Shown piece by piece: positions 8,350 to 16,885 of a stretch of 39,106 bases of DNA. This stretch comes from Candidatus Pacearchaeota archaeon (GTDB lineage Archaea; Nanobdellota; Nanobdellia; Pacearchaeales; GW2011-AR1). Position 1 is the stretch's first letter. The number at the start of each line of letters is the position of its first letter. A program made the translations under genes and the position numbers. Location of the stretch: positions 1-39,106 of the forward strand of contig JASFEO010000012.1 of NCBI GenBank assembly GCA_050124795.1. Reading direction: 5' to 3'. The notes below the pieces were generated by a model. The model did not search any database. It was not told the origin of the DNA and saw nothing but the letters and a program-made list of their open reading frames with translations.

Positions 8350-9264
8350 ATGGCATACACATTAAAAGGTAAGTTGGATTCTATTGGCGATGGTCTGTCT
8401 AGTATAGCGACCGCGTCAAGTCAAATAGCTTCAAATGCAACGGTTTTTGATTCTCTAATTACAGCGGAATCAACAAATGTTAGTTCTTTAACAAGTGCCG
8501 CAACTGATATATCAACCGGTGCTAGTACTATAGTAAGTGCCGGAGCGGCAATAAGTACGGCGAATGATGGAATTGATTCAGTTGGAACTTTAGTTAGTAC
8601 TGGTAATAGTTCGGCCGTAAGCGTTGGAACTTTGGTTAGTACTGCAAATGCTAAAAATGATAGTATTGGAGTTTTACAAAGTACGGGGAATAGTTCAGCG
8701 GTTAGTGTTGGAACCTTAGTTAGTACTGCGAATAGTTTAGGCACTGTTAACGGTTCTAAGATTACTAGTGTTGGAACTTTAGCAAGTACAGGAAACAGTC
8801 TTATAGCTAGTTATGGAACTAAAACAGATAGTGTCGGAACTGCAACAAGTACGGCAAATAGTACAAATTATTCAGCGATTCAAAGTGTTGGAACTTTGCA
8901 AAGTACGGGCAATAGTTCAGCGGTTAGCATAGGAACATTGTTGAGTACTGGAAATTCTAAGACAGATAGTGCGGCAACGGCGGCCAGTACTGCAAATAGT
9001 TCAAGCTTGTCAGCTATTACTAGTTACGGTACGGCCGGAAGTACTGCAAATAGTTCTAGTTTGTCAGCTATTGCTAGTTATGGCACAGCCGGAAGTACTG
9101 CAAATAGTACTAATTTGTCGGCGGTAGATAGTGCGGCGGTAGCGGCTTCAACTGCTAATAGTTCGGCTTTGTCTGCGGTTGTATCACTTGCAACGGTTGT
9201 ATCAACTGGATTTAGCACAACAGATAGTAAGGTAGATTCAGTTGGTGTTGTAGCGGCCGGATAA
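8350..9264 (+). CDS. Ser/Thr/Ala/Gly-rich repeat protein, probable fibrous coiled coil
   Basis: About 13 repeats with an ST[AG]NS-type core, unit lengths 14, 18 or 21 aa; AAGGAG RBS. Confidence 0.8.
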   Translation: MAYTLKGKLDSIGDGLSSIATASSQIASNATVFDSLITAESTNVSSLTSAATDISTGASTIVSAGAAISTANDGIDSVGTLVSTGNSSAVSVGTLVSTANAKNDSIGVLQSTGNSSAVSVGTLVSTANSLGTVNGSKITSVGTLASTGNSLIASYGTKTDSVGTATSTANSTNYSAIQSVGTLQSTGNSSAVSIGTLLSTGNSKTDSAATAASTANSSSLSAITSYGTAGSTANSSSLSAIASYGTAGSTANSTNLSAVDSAAVAASTANSSALSAVVSLATVVSTGFSTTDSKVDSVGVVAAG

Positions 9265-9279
9265 TAGGAGGATTTTAAA

Positions 9280-10344
9280 ATGATTATTGTACATATTGCC
9301 CCTTTTGCCCCTAATGCTTGTGGTCTTTATGAGGCGGCTAGAGACATGAGTAGAGCGGATATCCTTGGAGAAAACAACGTATATTTTATTGATGCAGGTG
9401 TTTCAAGAAATGGGATAAGGGAAAACGGGATAATAGGGCAAGTTGATGAAAGGGGCGACTTTAGGCTAGAAACAAGCGACCCCTTATTTATAAATGAAGC
9501 TGATATTATTATTATGCATACTGGATGCAATGATAACTGGATAGTCAAAACACAAGCCCCAATATTGTGGGCCGTTCATGGGCGGCCGTTAGCTTGTTTT
9601 AGGCCGGAGCGTATTAGCAGTAACAACTTTAATTCTTTTACTTTGTATCATGATATAAGCAAGTGGAAAAGGGTAAAAGGAATGTTATATTTTTGGCCTG
9701 AATTTAAGTCATATTGGGAAAATGTATTATCAAGTAAAGATATTGTTTTAGACTATCCGGTTATTGACGAAAAAAGGTTTTTTATAAAAAATGTTAATGT
9801 ATTAGAAAATAAGGGTGAAATAAATATATTATTATGTGATAGTGAACGTGAGGACATATGCAATTATGAAGTTGTTAATGGATTAATACAAGCATGTAAA
9901 AGGTTTAAAAATATTAAAGTGCATATTTGCGGAATGGATTTATTAGAAGGTGGGAAAATTCCTAATTGTTGGGGTATTGTTTTAGATAAATTAAAACAAT
10001 TGGGCGGCCTTGGTAATGTTTATGGAAGATTAACCAATATGTTAGATGTTTATAATTCTGTGGATTGTGTTATAAGTCCAAATAGAATTATAACTAGAAC
10101 TATTGGAGAGGCTTTAACTTGTGGGGTTCCGGTTATTAGTGAAGTCAACGAAACTAACCTTGTTAGTGATTATACATGTAATATGTCTAATCCTAAAGAT
10201 ATCATACAAGCTTTAGAATGGTTTATTGATGATTTCAAAAATAATAAAATTGATCGAGAGGCTATAAGAAAAAGGGCCGAAGTTTTCAGTTTAAAAAATT
10301 ACTCTGACAAGATGAATAAAATATATAAAAAGGTGTTGTCATGA
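9280..10344 (+). CDS. GT-B fold glycosyltransferase (GT4-like)
   Basis: IVHIAP....CG N-terminus, ADIIIMH, WAVHG, C-terminal VDCVISP...TIGEALTCGVPVIS, FSLKNY. Confidence 0.85.
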   Translation: MIIVHIAPFAPNACGLYEAARDMSRADILGENNVYFIDAGVSRNGIRENGIIGQVDERGDFRLETSDPLFINEADIIIMHTGCNDNWIVKTQAPILWAVHGRPLACFRPERISSNNFNSFTLYHDISKWKRVKGMLYFWPEFKSYWENVLSSKDIVLDYPVIDEKRFFIKNVNVLENKGEINILLCDSEREDICNYEVVNGLIQACKRFKNIKVHICGMDLLEGGKIPNCWGIVLDKLKQLGGLGNVYGRLTNMLDVYNSVDCVISPNRIITRTIGEALTCGVPVISEVNETNLVSDYTCNMSNPKDIIQALEWFIDDFKNNKIDREAIRKRAEVFSLKNYSDKMNKIYKKVLS

Positions 10345-10667
10345 TAAGAATAGTAAATCGAACAGGCAAATTTATGAGACAATTAAAAGAAAATGAACTT
10401 GCGGCTTTAAATGCAATGGGTGTTTTCTGTGTTTCTAAAATGGATTATCATGTAGCCGTTGACACTGGATATTTGAAATCAAGAAATACATATGTTATTA
10501 ATCGCAATGAATTGTTTTTAATGAATGACACGCCATATGCAAAATACCAAGAACTTGGGACTTATAAAATGGCGGCTCATCCATTTATGAGGCCGGCGGC
10601 CTTAAATTATGTAAGTACATTAAAACAAATAAGTGCTTCTTATATGTCAAAAGGTATGAAGGGGTAA
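10341..10667 (+). CDS. HK97 gp10-like tail-completion protein
   Basis: VAVDTGYLKS, YAKYQELGTYKMAAHPFMRPA. Confidence 0.88.
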   Translation: MIRIVNRTGKFMRQLKENELAALNAMGVFCVSKMDYHVAVDTGYLKSRNTYVINRNELFLMNDTPYAKYQELGTYKMAAHPFMRPAALNYVSTLKQISASYMSKGMKG

Positions 10668-10679
10668 AAGGGGTAAAAC

Positions 10680-11075
10680 ATGGAATTGATCGAACTTAAA
10701 ACATATGTCAAGGAAAGGCTTGAAAATTTATCAAATATTAATGTTTATGATACTAAGGTTCCAGATGAAGCGACTTTTCCATACCTAGTTTATAAGTTTA
10801 ATGCTTGTAACTATCTTGTAAGAGAAAGAAAAGACTGGATATTAGAGCTTAATTTTTGGAATGATAGTTATGATGATAGTGAAATTTTACAAGCGGCCGA
10901 ATATGTTAAGAATGGAAGAACAGAAGGAGAGACAGAGTATATCGGATTGAATATTTCAACTCAAAATGAAAGTGAAGGCTTTTATTATTGTCATATTGAT
11001 TTTGAGAGTGAAATTGAAGACCCAGAACCAAATATAACAAGATATAACCAAAGATATATTTTAAAAGTTGATTAG
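10680..11075 (+). CDS. Tail terminator (SPP1 gp17/DUF3168-like)
   Basis: NVYDTKVPDEATFPYLVY; precedes the tail-tube genes. Confidence 0.75.
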   Translation: MELIELKTYVKERLENLSNINVYDTKVPDEATFPYLVYKFNACNYLVRERKDWILELNFWNDSYDDSEILQAAEYVKNGRTEGETEYIGLNISTQNESEGFYYCHIDFESEIEDPEPNITRYNQRYILKVD

Positions 11076-11089
11076 AAAGGAGTGATTTT

Positions 11090-12193
11090 ATGTCAATAAC
11101 TGCGGTAACGCCTACAGTACCAGTCGCCAATGATGTTATAATGGGAAAGTTTAAAACTTATGCCAATTATGGTTTGCCAACACAGACACTACTAGGGGCA
11201 ACTAGAGAAGGTTGTAAAGTTGATATATTACGTCAAATTAAATTAATTGAATTTGATGGTGCTTATGGTCCCACTTTAGACAGTGACGGAGTGCCATTAG
11301 TAAGATATGAAAGATTAGTTGGAAAAATTACTTTAAAAAGTTTGTATTTAAAATATTTTAATAGAAAAATTATTTCAGATTGTGAAAGCGACGGAACTTG
11401 GGAAAGTGGAAACTGGGGAAATGACGGGGGTACTTATGCGGCTGAAACTACTATTGTTAATAGTGGAGATCAATCGGCTAAATGTAGTATAGCGTCGGCA
11501 CAAACCGGACATGGTATCCATGAAGTTTTTGCAAGTGCGAAAGACTTAACGGCTTTTGATAACTCCGAAACTTCCGACACGGCCGATTATATTGGATTTT
11601 CAATATATATTACTACTGCTATGCTTGCTATACTTGGAACAGATAGTATTCAATTAAGAATACATAAGGATGCAGAAGAAACCGAAACAAATTATTATTG
11701 GTATGATGTTGAAGCGTCGGCCTTAACCGCCGATCAATGGACTAATTTAAAAGTCCTTAAGTCAGCATTTACAGAAGAAGGAACGGCTTCATGGAGTGCC
11801 GTAACTGGTATATCTTTTGAAGTACCAGACGCAACCGACGACGCTTTAGAGTTCTATGTTGACTCAATAGACTTAATTCAAGCACAAACTGATAGTTCAG
11901 TTTTGCCGGTAAATGGCTCAACATTTACATACACAGACGAAACAACGTATAAACAATATTCGCCAGATTTAGAGATAGGCAATGACGATTATTTAGAAAA
12001 TATTACTATTATCGGCCAAAGAATGGACGGTAAAAAAATGAAAATAGTCTTGAAAAATGCTTTTAATGATGGAAAATTAGAACTTGCTTTTGAAGATAAA
12101 GACGAAAGTGTAAATGAAACTGAATTTACCGGTCATTATAAGTATGGGTCCGGGTTAATTTGTCCAATCGAAATATATGAATATGTTGCATAA
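11090..12193 (+). CDS. Tail-tube paralogue with an inserted ~175-aa carbohydrate-binding-like domain
   Basis: LLGATREG, IEFDGAYGPT, LKNAFNDG and FTGHY align by eye with the next gene; the insert has W/Y-rich jelly-roll signatures (QWTNLKV, WSAVTGISF, FYVDSI). Confidence 0.75.
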   Translation: MSITAVTPTVPVANDVIMGKFKTYANYGLPTQTLLGATREGCKVDILRQIKLIEFDGAYGPTLDSDGVPLVRYERLVGKITLKSLYLKYFNRKIISDCESDGTWESGNWGNDGGTYAAETTIVNSGDQSAKCSIASAQTGHGIHEVFASAKDLTAFDNSETSDTADYIGFSIYITTAMLAILGTDSIQLRIHKDAEETETNYYWYDVEASALTADQWTNLKVLKSAFTEEGTASWSAVTGISFEVPDATDDALEFYVDSIDLIQAQTDSSVLPVNGSTFTYTDETTYKQYSPDLEIGNDDYLENITIIGQRMDGKKMKIVLKNAFNDGKLELAFEDKDESVNETEFTGHYKYGSGLICPIEIYEYVA

Positions 12194-12206
12194 GGAGGTG
12201 TAAGAC

Positions 12207-12770
12207 ATGGGAATAAATACTTTTGCCCCGGCGGTTCCTGAAAAGGCCAAGGATATCATGTTAGGTGAAGGGCTAGTTTACAAAAACCTTGGAGAATCCG
12301 GAGAGGCTTTAATTGGAGCAACACGCGGCGGTTCTAAACTTACGATTGATAGAGTAATTCGTGAGGTTGAATATGATGGAGCAATGGGACCAACTAAAGG
12401 AATGAGGCAATATGATACGTTTGTTGCAAAATTGATAATTAATTTTTTAAAAATAAATTATGTTAATATGGCGTATGGTTGCAATGTTACCGTTTCAGAT
12501 GGTAGCGATCAAGACGGAACATATAAAAAAATATCTTTTGATACTGATTTTGCGGCGGCTGACGTTTTAACAAATGTAGGTTTCCAAGGTTATAAGGCCG
12601 ACGGAACTTATTGTAAAATTATTGTGCAAAATGCTTTCAATATGGATGATATCGGATTTGAATTTAATGGTATGGACGCGGTCGTAAGCGAAATGGTATA
12701 CACTGGGTTTTATACTTATGCGGCCCCAAGTACGCCGCCATTTAATATGCAAGAAGAGATAAGTGCATAA
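12207..12770 (+). CDS. Major tail (tube) protein
   Basis: IMLGEG.VY, LIGATRGGS, VEYDGAMGPTKG, VQNAFN, YTGFY. Confidence 0.85.
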   Translation: MGINTFAPAVPEKAKDIMLGEGLVYKNLGESGEALIGATRGGSKLTIDRVIREVEYDGAMGPTKGMRQYDTFVAKLIINFLKINYVNMAYGCNVTVSDGSDQDGTYKKISFDTDFAAADVLTNVGFQGYKADGTYCKIIVQNAFNMDDIGFEFNGMDAVVSEMVYTGFYTYAAPSTPPFNMQEEISA

Positions 12771-12819
12771 TTTACATACTATATTTTGTGTATTTTATTA
12801 TATCAAAGGAGTGTTTCGA

Positions 12820-13218
12820 GTGAGTGAGAGAAAATTGAGGAAAAAAGAAGTTATGATAGTTAGCAGAATATTAGACGAAGTGAATTTTAAACACTATGCA
12901 GAATATTTGCTATCTACAAAACTTGATAAAATACTTAGTAAGTCCGAGGGGCAAAAGGAAAAAGTTTTAATAGTTGTAATTGATATTTTTGCTTTTGTCC
13001 TTCAAAACATGTATAAAGCTGAATCGAGCATTGACAAGTTAATAATGTCTTACAAGGGTTTAAATCAAACTGAAATTGATAATTTGGAAGAAGATGCTTT
13101 TATAGAAGTTTTAAAAGATGTTTTTATTGCCGGAGTGCCTAAAGTTATCGGTAAAATAGTTGATTTGTCCGAGTTTAAAAAAAAGTTTCAAGAGATAAAA
13201 GCGGAGCATTTCAACTAA
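12820..13218 (+). CDS. Tail assembly chaperone (gpG-like), GTG start at 12820
   Basis: AAAGGAG RBS; follows the tail tube; ends near the slippery FKKK codons. Confidence 0.8.
   Translation: MSERKLRKKEVMIVSRILDEVNFKHYAEYLLSTKLDKILSKSEGQKEKVLIVVIDIFAFVLQNMYKAESSIDKLIMSYKGLNQTEIDNLEEDAFIEVLKDVFIAGVPKVIGKIVDLSEFKKKFQEIKAEHFN
13179..13185 (+). other. Programmed -1 frameshift site A AAA AAG
   Basis: The -1 frame from 13185 has no stop codon and is in frame with ORF 13302-13607. Confidence 0.85.
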
Positions 13219-13607
13219 CCGACAAAGAAATAATCGAAAATCTTATAAAAAATTATATCTTTATAATAGATTTTTTTACAGATGAAAACATCATTGAACC
13301 AATGATGAATTATTATAAGGATTTTACATATATAGAATATATTTTAGGCCTACCTTTTGAAAGTGGGCTTAAATTATATCTAAAAGCAATAGAACGAACA
13401 CAAGAGGAAAATATGTATAAATTATGGTTGGTTGAAATTGCTAATGGTTGTGAAATGGATTTTGATACTTATTTTAAAAATCAAAAAAATAAATCTGAAG
13501 AAAAATACATGAATGTTGATGAAAAAGAAGAAGAAGAAAAAAGAATTATTGATAAAATAGAAAATAGAAAACTTGGCAAAATGAAAAAAGTTAACTTGCT
13601 AAATTAG
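13185..13607 (+). CDS. Frameshift extension of the tail chaperone (gpGT-like)
   Basis: Open from the slippery site; no RBS before ATG 13302. Confidence 0.75.
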   Translation, partial: VSRDKSGAFQLTDKEIIENLIKNYIFIIDFFTDENIIEPMMNYYKDFTYIEYILGLPFESGLKLYLKAIERTQEENMYKLWLVEIANGCEMDFDTYFKNQKNKSEEKYMNVDEKEEEEKRIIDKIENRKLGKMKKVNLLN

Positions 13608-13781
13608 AAATAAAACTAAAATTTGCTTGCTAGATTTGATCTTGCTAAGTTAGAAATATAACTATTTACTAGGTTTGCTTGCTAGGTTTAAATTTTGCTA
13701 AGTTAGAAATATAATTAGTTTTTGCTAGGTTTGTTTGCTTGCTAGGTATAAAATTTTTGCTAGGTTTGCCCTTGCTAGGTT
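13596..13781 (+). repeat. Array of 10 direct repeats, consensus TTGCTARRTT
   Basis: Copies start at 13596, 13627, 13642, 13666, 13679, 13695, 13722, 13739, 13757 and 13772. Confidence 0.9.
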
Positions 13782-13802
13782 ATTAAAAAGGAGGTTAGCA
13801 AC

Positions 13803-14387
13803 ATGATTGTAACAGTAACAGAAGTTAAAAATTTATTGCAAATTAGCAATTCAACTTATGATTCTTTTATTAAGATTATGATTCCAATTGTTGAAAATGT
13901 TATATGTGATTATTGCAATAAAGATTTTACTGATAGAAATTATGTTTATTTTTCATCAAATACAATAAGCTTTACAGGCTCGACCAATGAAATAAATTTT
14001 ACTGGTATAGGTAATAAACAATTAGTTGAGAATGATACTATTAGGGTTTATGGTTCGTTAAGAAACGATAATCCTTATACGGTCCAAACTGTAAACGATA
14101 ATAGCATAGTTGTAAATGATGTAAATAGGTTGATAGATGAAGACGAAGGGGAAGGAGTATTTATTGCTAGGATTAAATATCCTACTCCACTTAAAATGGT
14201 TGCGGCGAAAATGATTAAATATGATATTTCCTTGTCCGAGAAAGAAGTCGGTGTAAAATCTGAAAAAATAGATGATTATAGTATTACATATGACGACAAG
14301 ATAATGGGATATCCTAGCCATATTATGACTCAATTAAATGATTACAGAACATTATATAAAAGTACAATATTGTCAGGGGGCTTTTAA
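13803..14387 (+). CDS. Head-tail connector (SPP1 gp15/HK97 gp6-like) with an internal insertion
   Basis: MIVTVTEVKNLL, ICDYCN, VKSEKIDDYSITY, YPSHIMTQLNDYR. Confidence 0.8.
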   Translation: MIVTVTEVKNLLQISNSTYDSFIKIMIPIVENVICDYCNKDFTDRNYVYFSSNTISFTGSTNEINFTGIGNKQLVENDTIRVYGSLRNDNPYTVQTVNDNSIVVNDVNRLIDEDEGEGVFIARIKYPTPLKMVAAKMIKYDISLSEKEVGVKSEKIDDYSITYDDKIMGYPSHIMTQLNDYRTLYKSTILSGGF

Positions 14388-14717
14388 ATGGCTATAGAAC
14401 GCTTTTATATATCATGTAGTAGATTAAGACCAACGACAACATTAAACGCTTATAACAGGCCAATTAAAACATATGTAGAAACATCTATAAATGGTTATTT
14501 GGGTAGTTCTTCGGATATAGTGATAAAAGTAGCAGACAAGGAGACATTTGAAGTTAGAAGTAAATTTTATTGTGATGATTTTGACTTAGAATCTACGGAT
14601 TTAATAAAGTATGAAGGAAATACTTATGAAATTATTGGAGAACCAAGAAATACAGTTCACAGAGGCCACCATGTAAGGGCAACTGTTAAAATGATTGGTG
14701 ATGTAAAACAGGAATAA
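14388..14717 (+). CDS. Head-closure protein (SPP1 gp16-like)
   Basis: About 110 aa, beta-rich; DLIKYEGNTYEII; follows the connector. Confidence 0.75.
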   Translation: MAIERFYISCSRLRPTTTLNAYNRPIKTYVETSINGYLGSSSDIVIKVADKETFEVRSKFYCDDFDLESTDLIKYEGNTYEIIGEPRNTVHRGHHVRATVKMIGDVKQE

Positions 14718-14731
14718 AGGGGGTGTAATAC

Positions 14732-16870
14732 ATGCAATTAGCTGATTTATTTTTTAGTGTAAGAACCGAGGGAACACAACAAGCCCATGACAACATCGGG
14801 AAATTAGGAAAATTATTTGATTCAGTTGGTCAAGGTTTAAGCAATGTTGGAAATGGAATTGTTAATTTTGGGCAAACTCTTACAAATAAAATAACATTGC
14901 CTTTAATTGATGCGGCAATCGAAGGGGTAAAATACAATGCTACACTCCAAGAACTTGAATCAAGTTTTAGTGTTTTGCTTGGTTCTGGTGATAAAGCCGC
15001 TGACATGGTCCAAAGGTTAAAAAAAATGGGAGCTGAGACACCATTTGAAATAACAGGATTAGCAGAGTCAACAAAAATGCTTTTAAGTTATGGATATACA
15101 CAAGAAGAAGTTATCCCACTTATGAGAATGATTGGTGATGTCTCACTAGGTAATAAATTAAAATTTAAAGACTTAGGAATTATAATGGGCCAAATAAGTT
15201 CTTTAGGTAAATTACAAATGGGTGATTTGAAACAACTTAGGGAACGTGGTTGGGATCCAATGCAACAAATAATTGAAAAAACAGGTGAAAAATCAAGCGA
15301 ATTTTACGAAAGAATGAGAAAAGGAAAAGTTACTTATAAAGAAGTTGAAGACGCTTTAAGAAAAGTTACAGGTGAGGGCGAAAGATTTTACAAGGGAATG
15401 GAAAAGGGAAGCCAAACCTTGCAAGGTAGACTTTCAACCTTAAAAGATAATTTTATGGAATTGTTAAGTAATGCTATGAAACCAGTATTTGATTTTGTTC
15501 AAAATATAGCGGTTCCTGCTTTGTTAAATTTGATAGAGCGTTTTAATGGTTTATCTCAACCTATTAAAACAGCTATAGTTATTTTAACAGGGCTTGTTGG
15601 CTTTTTGCCTATTGTTATCACAGCGTTTGGTGGTTTAGTTGTTGCCGTTGGTGCGGTTGTTTCTGGTATTGGTGGTCTTGCTTTATTAATATCTACAATA
15701 GGTCTTCCAATACTTATCGCAATCGGAGGGGCTATTACTACATTGACAATGCTATTTGTTGCCTTTGTTGCCCCAATTGCTTTAGTGGCCGGCGGGCTTG
15801 CGGCTTTAGCTATTAAAACCGGGGCGGTAAGTTGGGCCTTTGAAAAAGTAAAAACTTTAATAAATGCTATTATTCAAATTGTTACAGGTAATATGGTTGG
15901 CGCTATGGATTTATTAGTTAATAAATTTGGGATGAGTCAGGCACAGGCTGAAACATTTGCACGTAAAATACAACTTGCCAAGTATTGGGTTGGAAAATTA
16001 ATTGAAGTAGTTCAAAATGTAAGTCAATTGCTAGGTGCTATTTTTACGGCTGACAAACAAAAAATGATTAATATACTTATTGAAAAATTTGGGATTAGTA
16101 AAAAACAGGCTCAAGAATTTGCTAAAAAAGTTTTAGACTTAAAAAATAAAGTTAAAGAATTGGCTGATAAATTTATTAATGCGGCAAGTGGAGCATTGCC
16201 TAAAATAATTAATAAATTAATTGAATTTGCAAAATGGATTTATAATAATCGTGATAAAATTGTTGCTTTGATATCAAAAATAATAGACTTTATTAATAAG
16301 TTGATGCAACTTGCTAGATGGGTTCAGAATAACTCTGATAAAATAAAATCTTTTGCTAAATTTTGTATTAATTTAGGCAAAACAATGGTAACTTTAGCAT
16401 CAATAGCAATAAAACAATTCGGAATAATAAAGAAAACTATTACCGCCGCCATGAATGTAGCAAAAATGACTATTGATGGGGCCAAAAACGCTTTAAATGC
16501 ACTTGCTAGAATAGCCGGTTCAACTGCTAAAGCATTATTAAGTATAAAGTTGCCAAATTTGCCGGGGCTAGGGGCTTTAAAATCATTAGTAGGCCATGCA
16601 AGTGGGATTATGAATAGTCCAATTGGCCATTATGCATTAGTCGGAGAAAAAGGCCCTGAATTGATGTATGTTCCTAAAGGGGCAAGTATTTATAGTAATC
16701 AACAAACTAGACAAATGGCATCTAATACTAGGGGAGCCGAAGCAATAGGAGCCGGAAGCATGTACAATATTGATAAAATAATAATTGATGCTAAAAACGT
16801 AAAAGAATTTAATGACGTTGTAAAAATAATGGAAAATATGAAAGTAGAATATAATACTAGAAAATACTAA
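14732..16870 (+). CDS. Tape measure protein
   Basis: AETPFE and SQTLQGRLSTLKDN tape-measure domain; hydrophobic central region; HASG...ALVGEKGPEL C-terminus. Confidence 0.93.
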   Translation: MQLADLFFSVRTEGTQQAHDNIGKLGKLFDSVGQGLSNVGNGIVNFGQTLTNKITLPLIDAAIEGVKYNATLQELESSFSVLLGSGDKAADMVQRLKKMGAETPFEITGLAESTKMLLSYGYTQEEVIPLMRMIGDVSLGNKLKFKDLGIIMGQISSLGKLQMGDLKQLRERGWDPMQQIIEKTGEKSSEFYERMRKGKVTYKEVEDALRKVTGEGERFYKGMEKGSQTLQGRLSTLKDNFMELLSNAMKPVFDFVQNIAVPALLNLIERFNGLSQPIKTAIVILTGLVGFLPIVITAFGGLVVAVGAVVSGIGGLALLISTIGLPILIAIGGAITTLTMLFVAFVAPIALVAGGLAALAIKTGAVSWAFEKVKTLINAIIQIVTGNMVGAMDLLVNKFGMSQAQAETFARKIQLAKYWVGKLIEVVQNVSQLLGAIFTADKQKMINILIEKFGISKKQAQEFAKKVLDLKNKVKELADKFINAASGALPKIINKLIEFAKWIYNNRDKIVALISKIIDFINKLMQLARWVQNNSDKIKSFAKFCINLGKTMVTLASIAIKQFGIIKKTITAAMNVAKMTIDGAKNALNALARIAGSTAKALLSIKLPNLPGLGALKSLVGHASGIMNSPIGHYALVGEKGPELMYVPKGASIYSNQQTRQMASNTRGAEAIGAGSMYNIDKIIIDAKNVKEFNDVVKIMENMKVEYNTRKY

Positions 16871-16885
16871 AAGGAGGTGGACGCT

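Noticed and set aside
8350-9264. Ice-nucleation protein
   Set aside because: It lacks the 8/16/48-residue AGYGSTxT periodicity; the units are 14, 18 or 21 aa.
13596-13781. Mini-CRISPR array
   Set aside because: The would-be spacers are irregular and built from the same TTGCTAG motif; no cas genes are present.
1263-14333. Short antisense or alternate-frame ORFs in the track (e.g. 1263, 3378, 3789, 4232, 4832, 7612, 7876, 8421, 9327, 10906, 12567, 14058)
   Set aside because: They overlap well-supported genes, lack RBSs and have no recognisable motifs.
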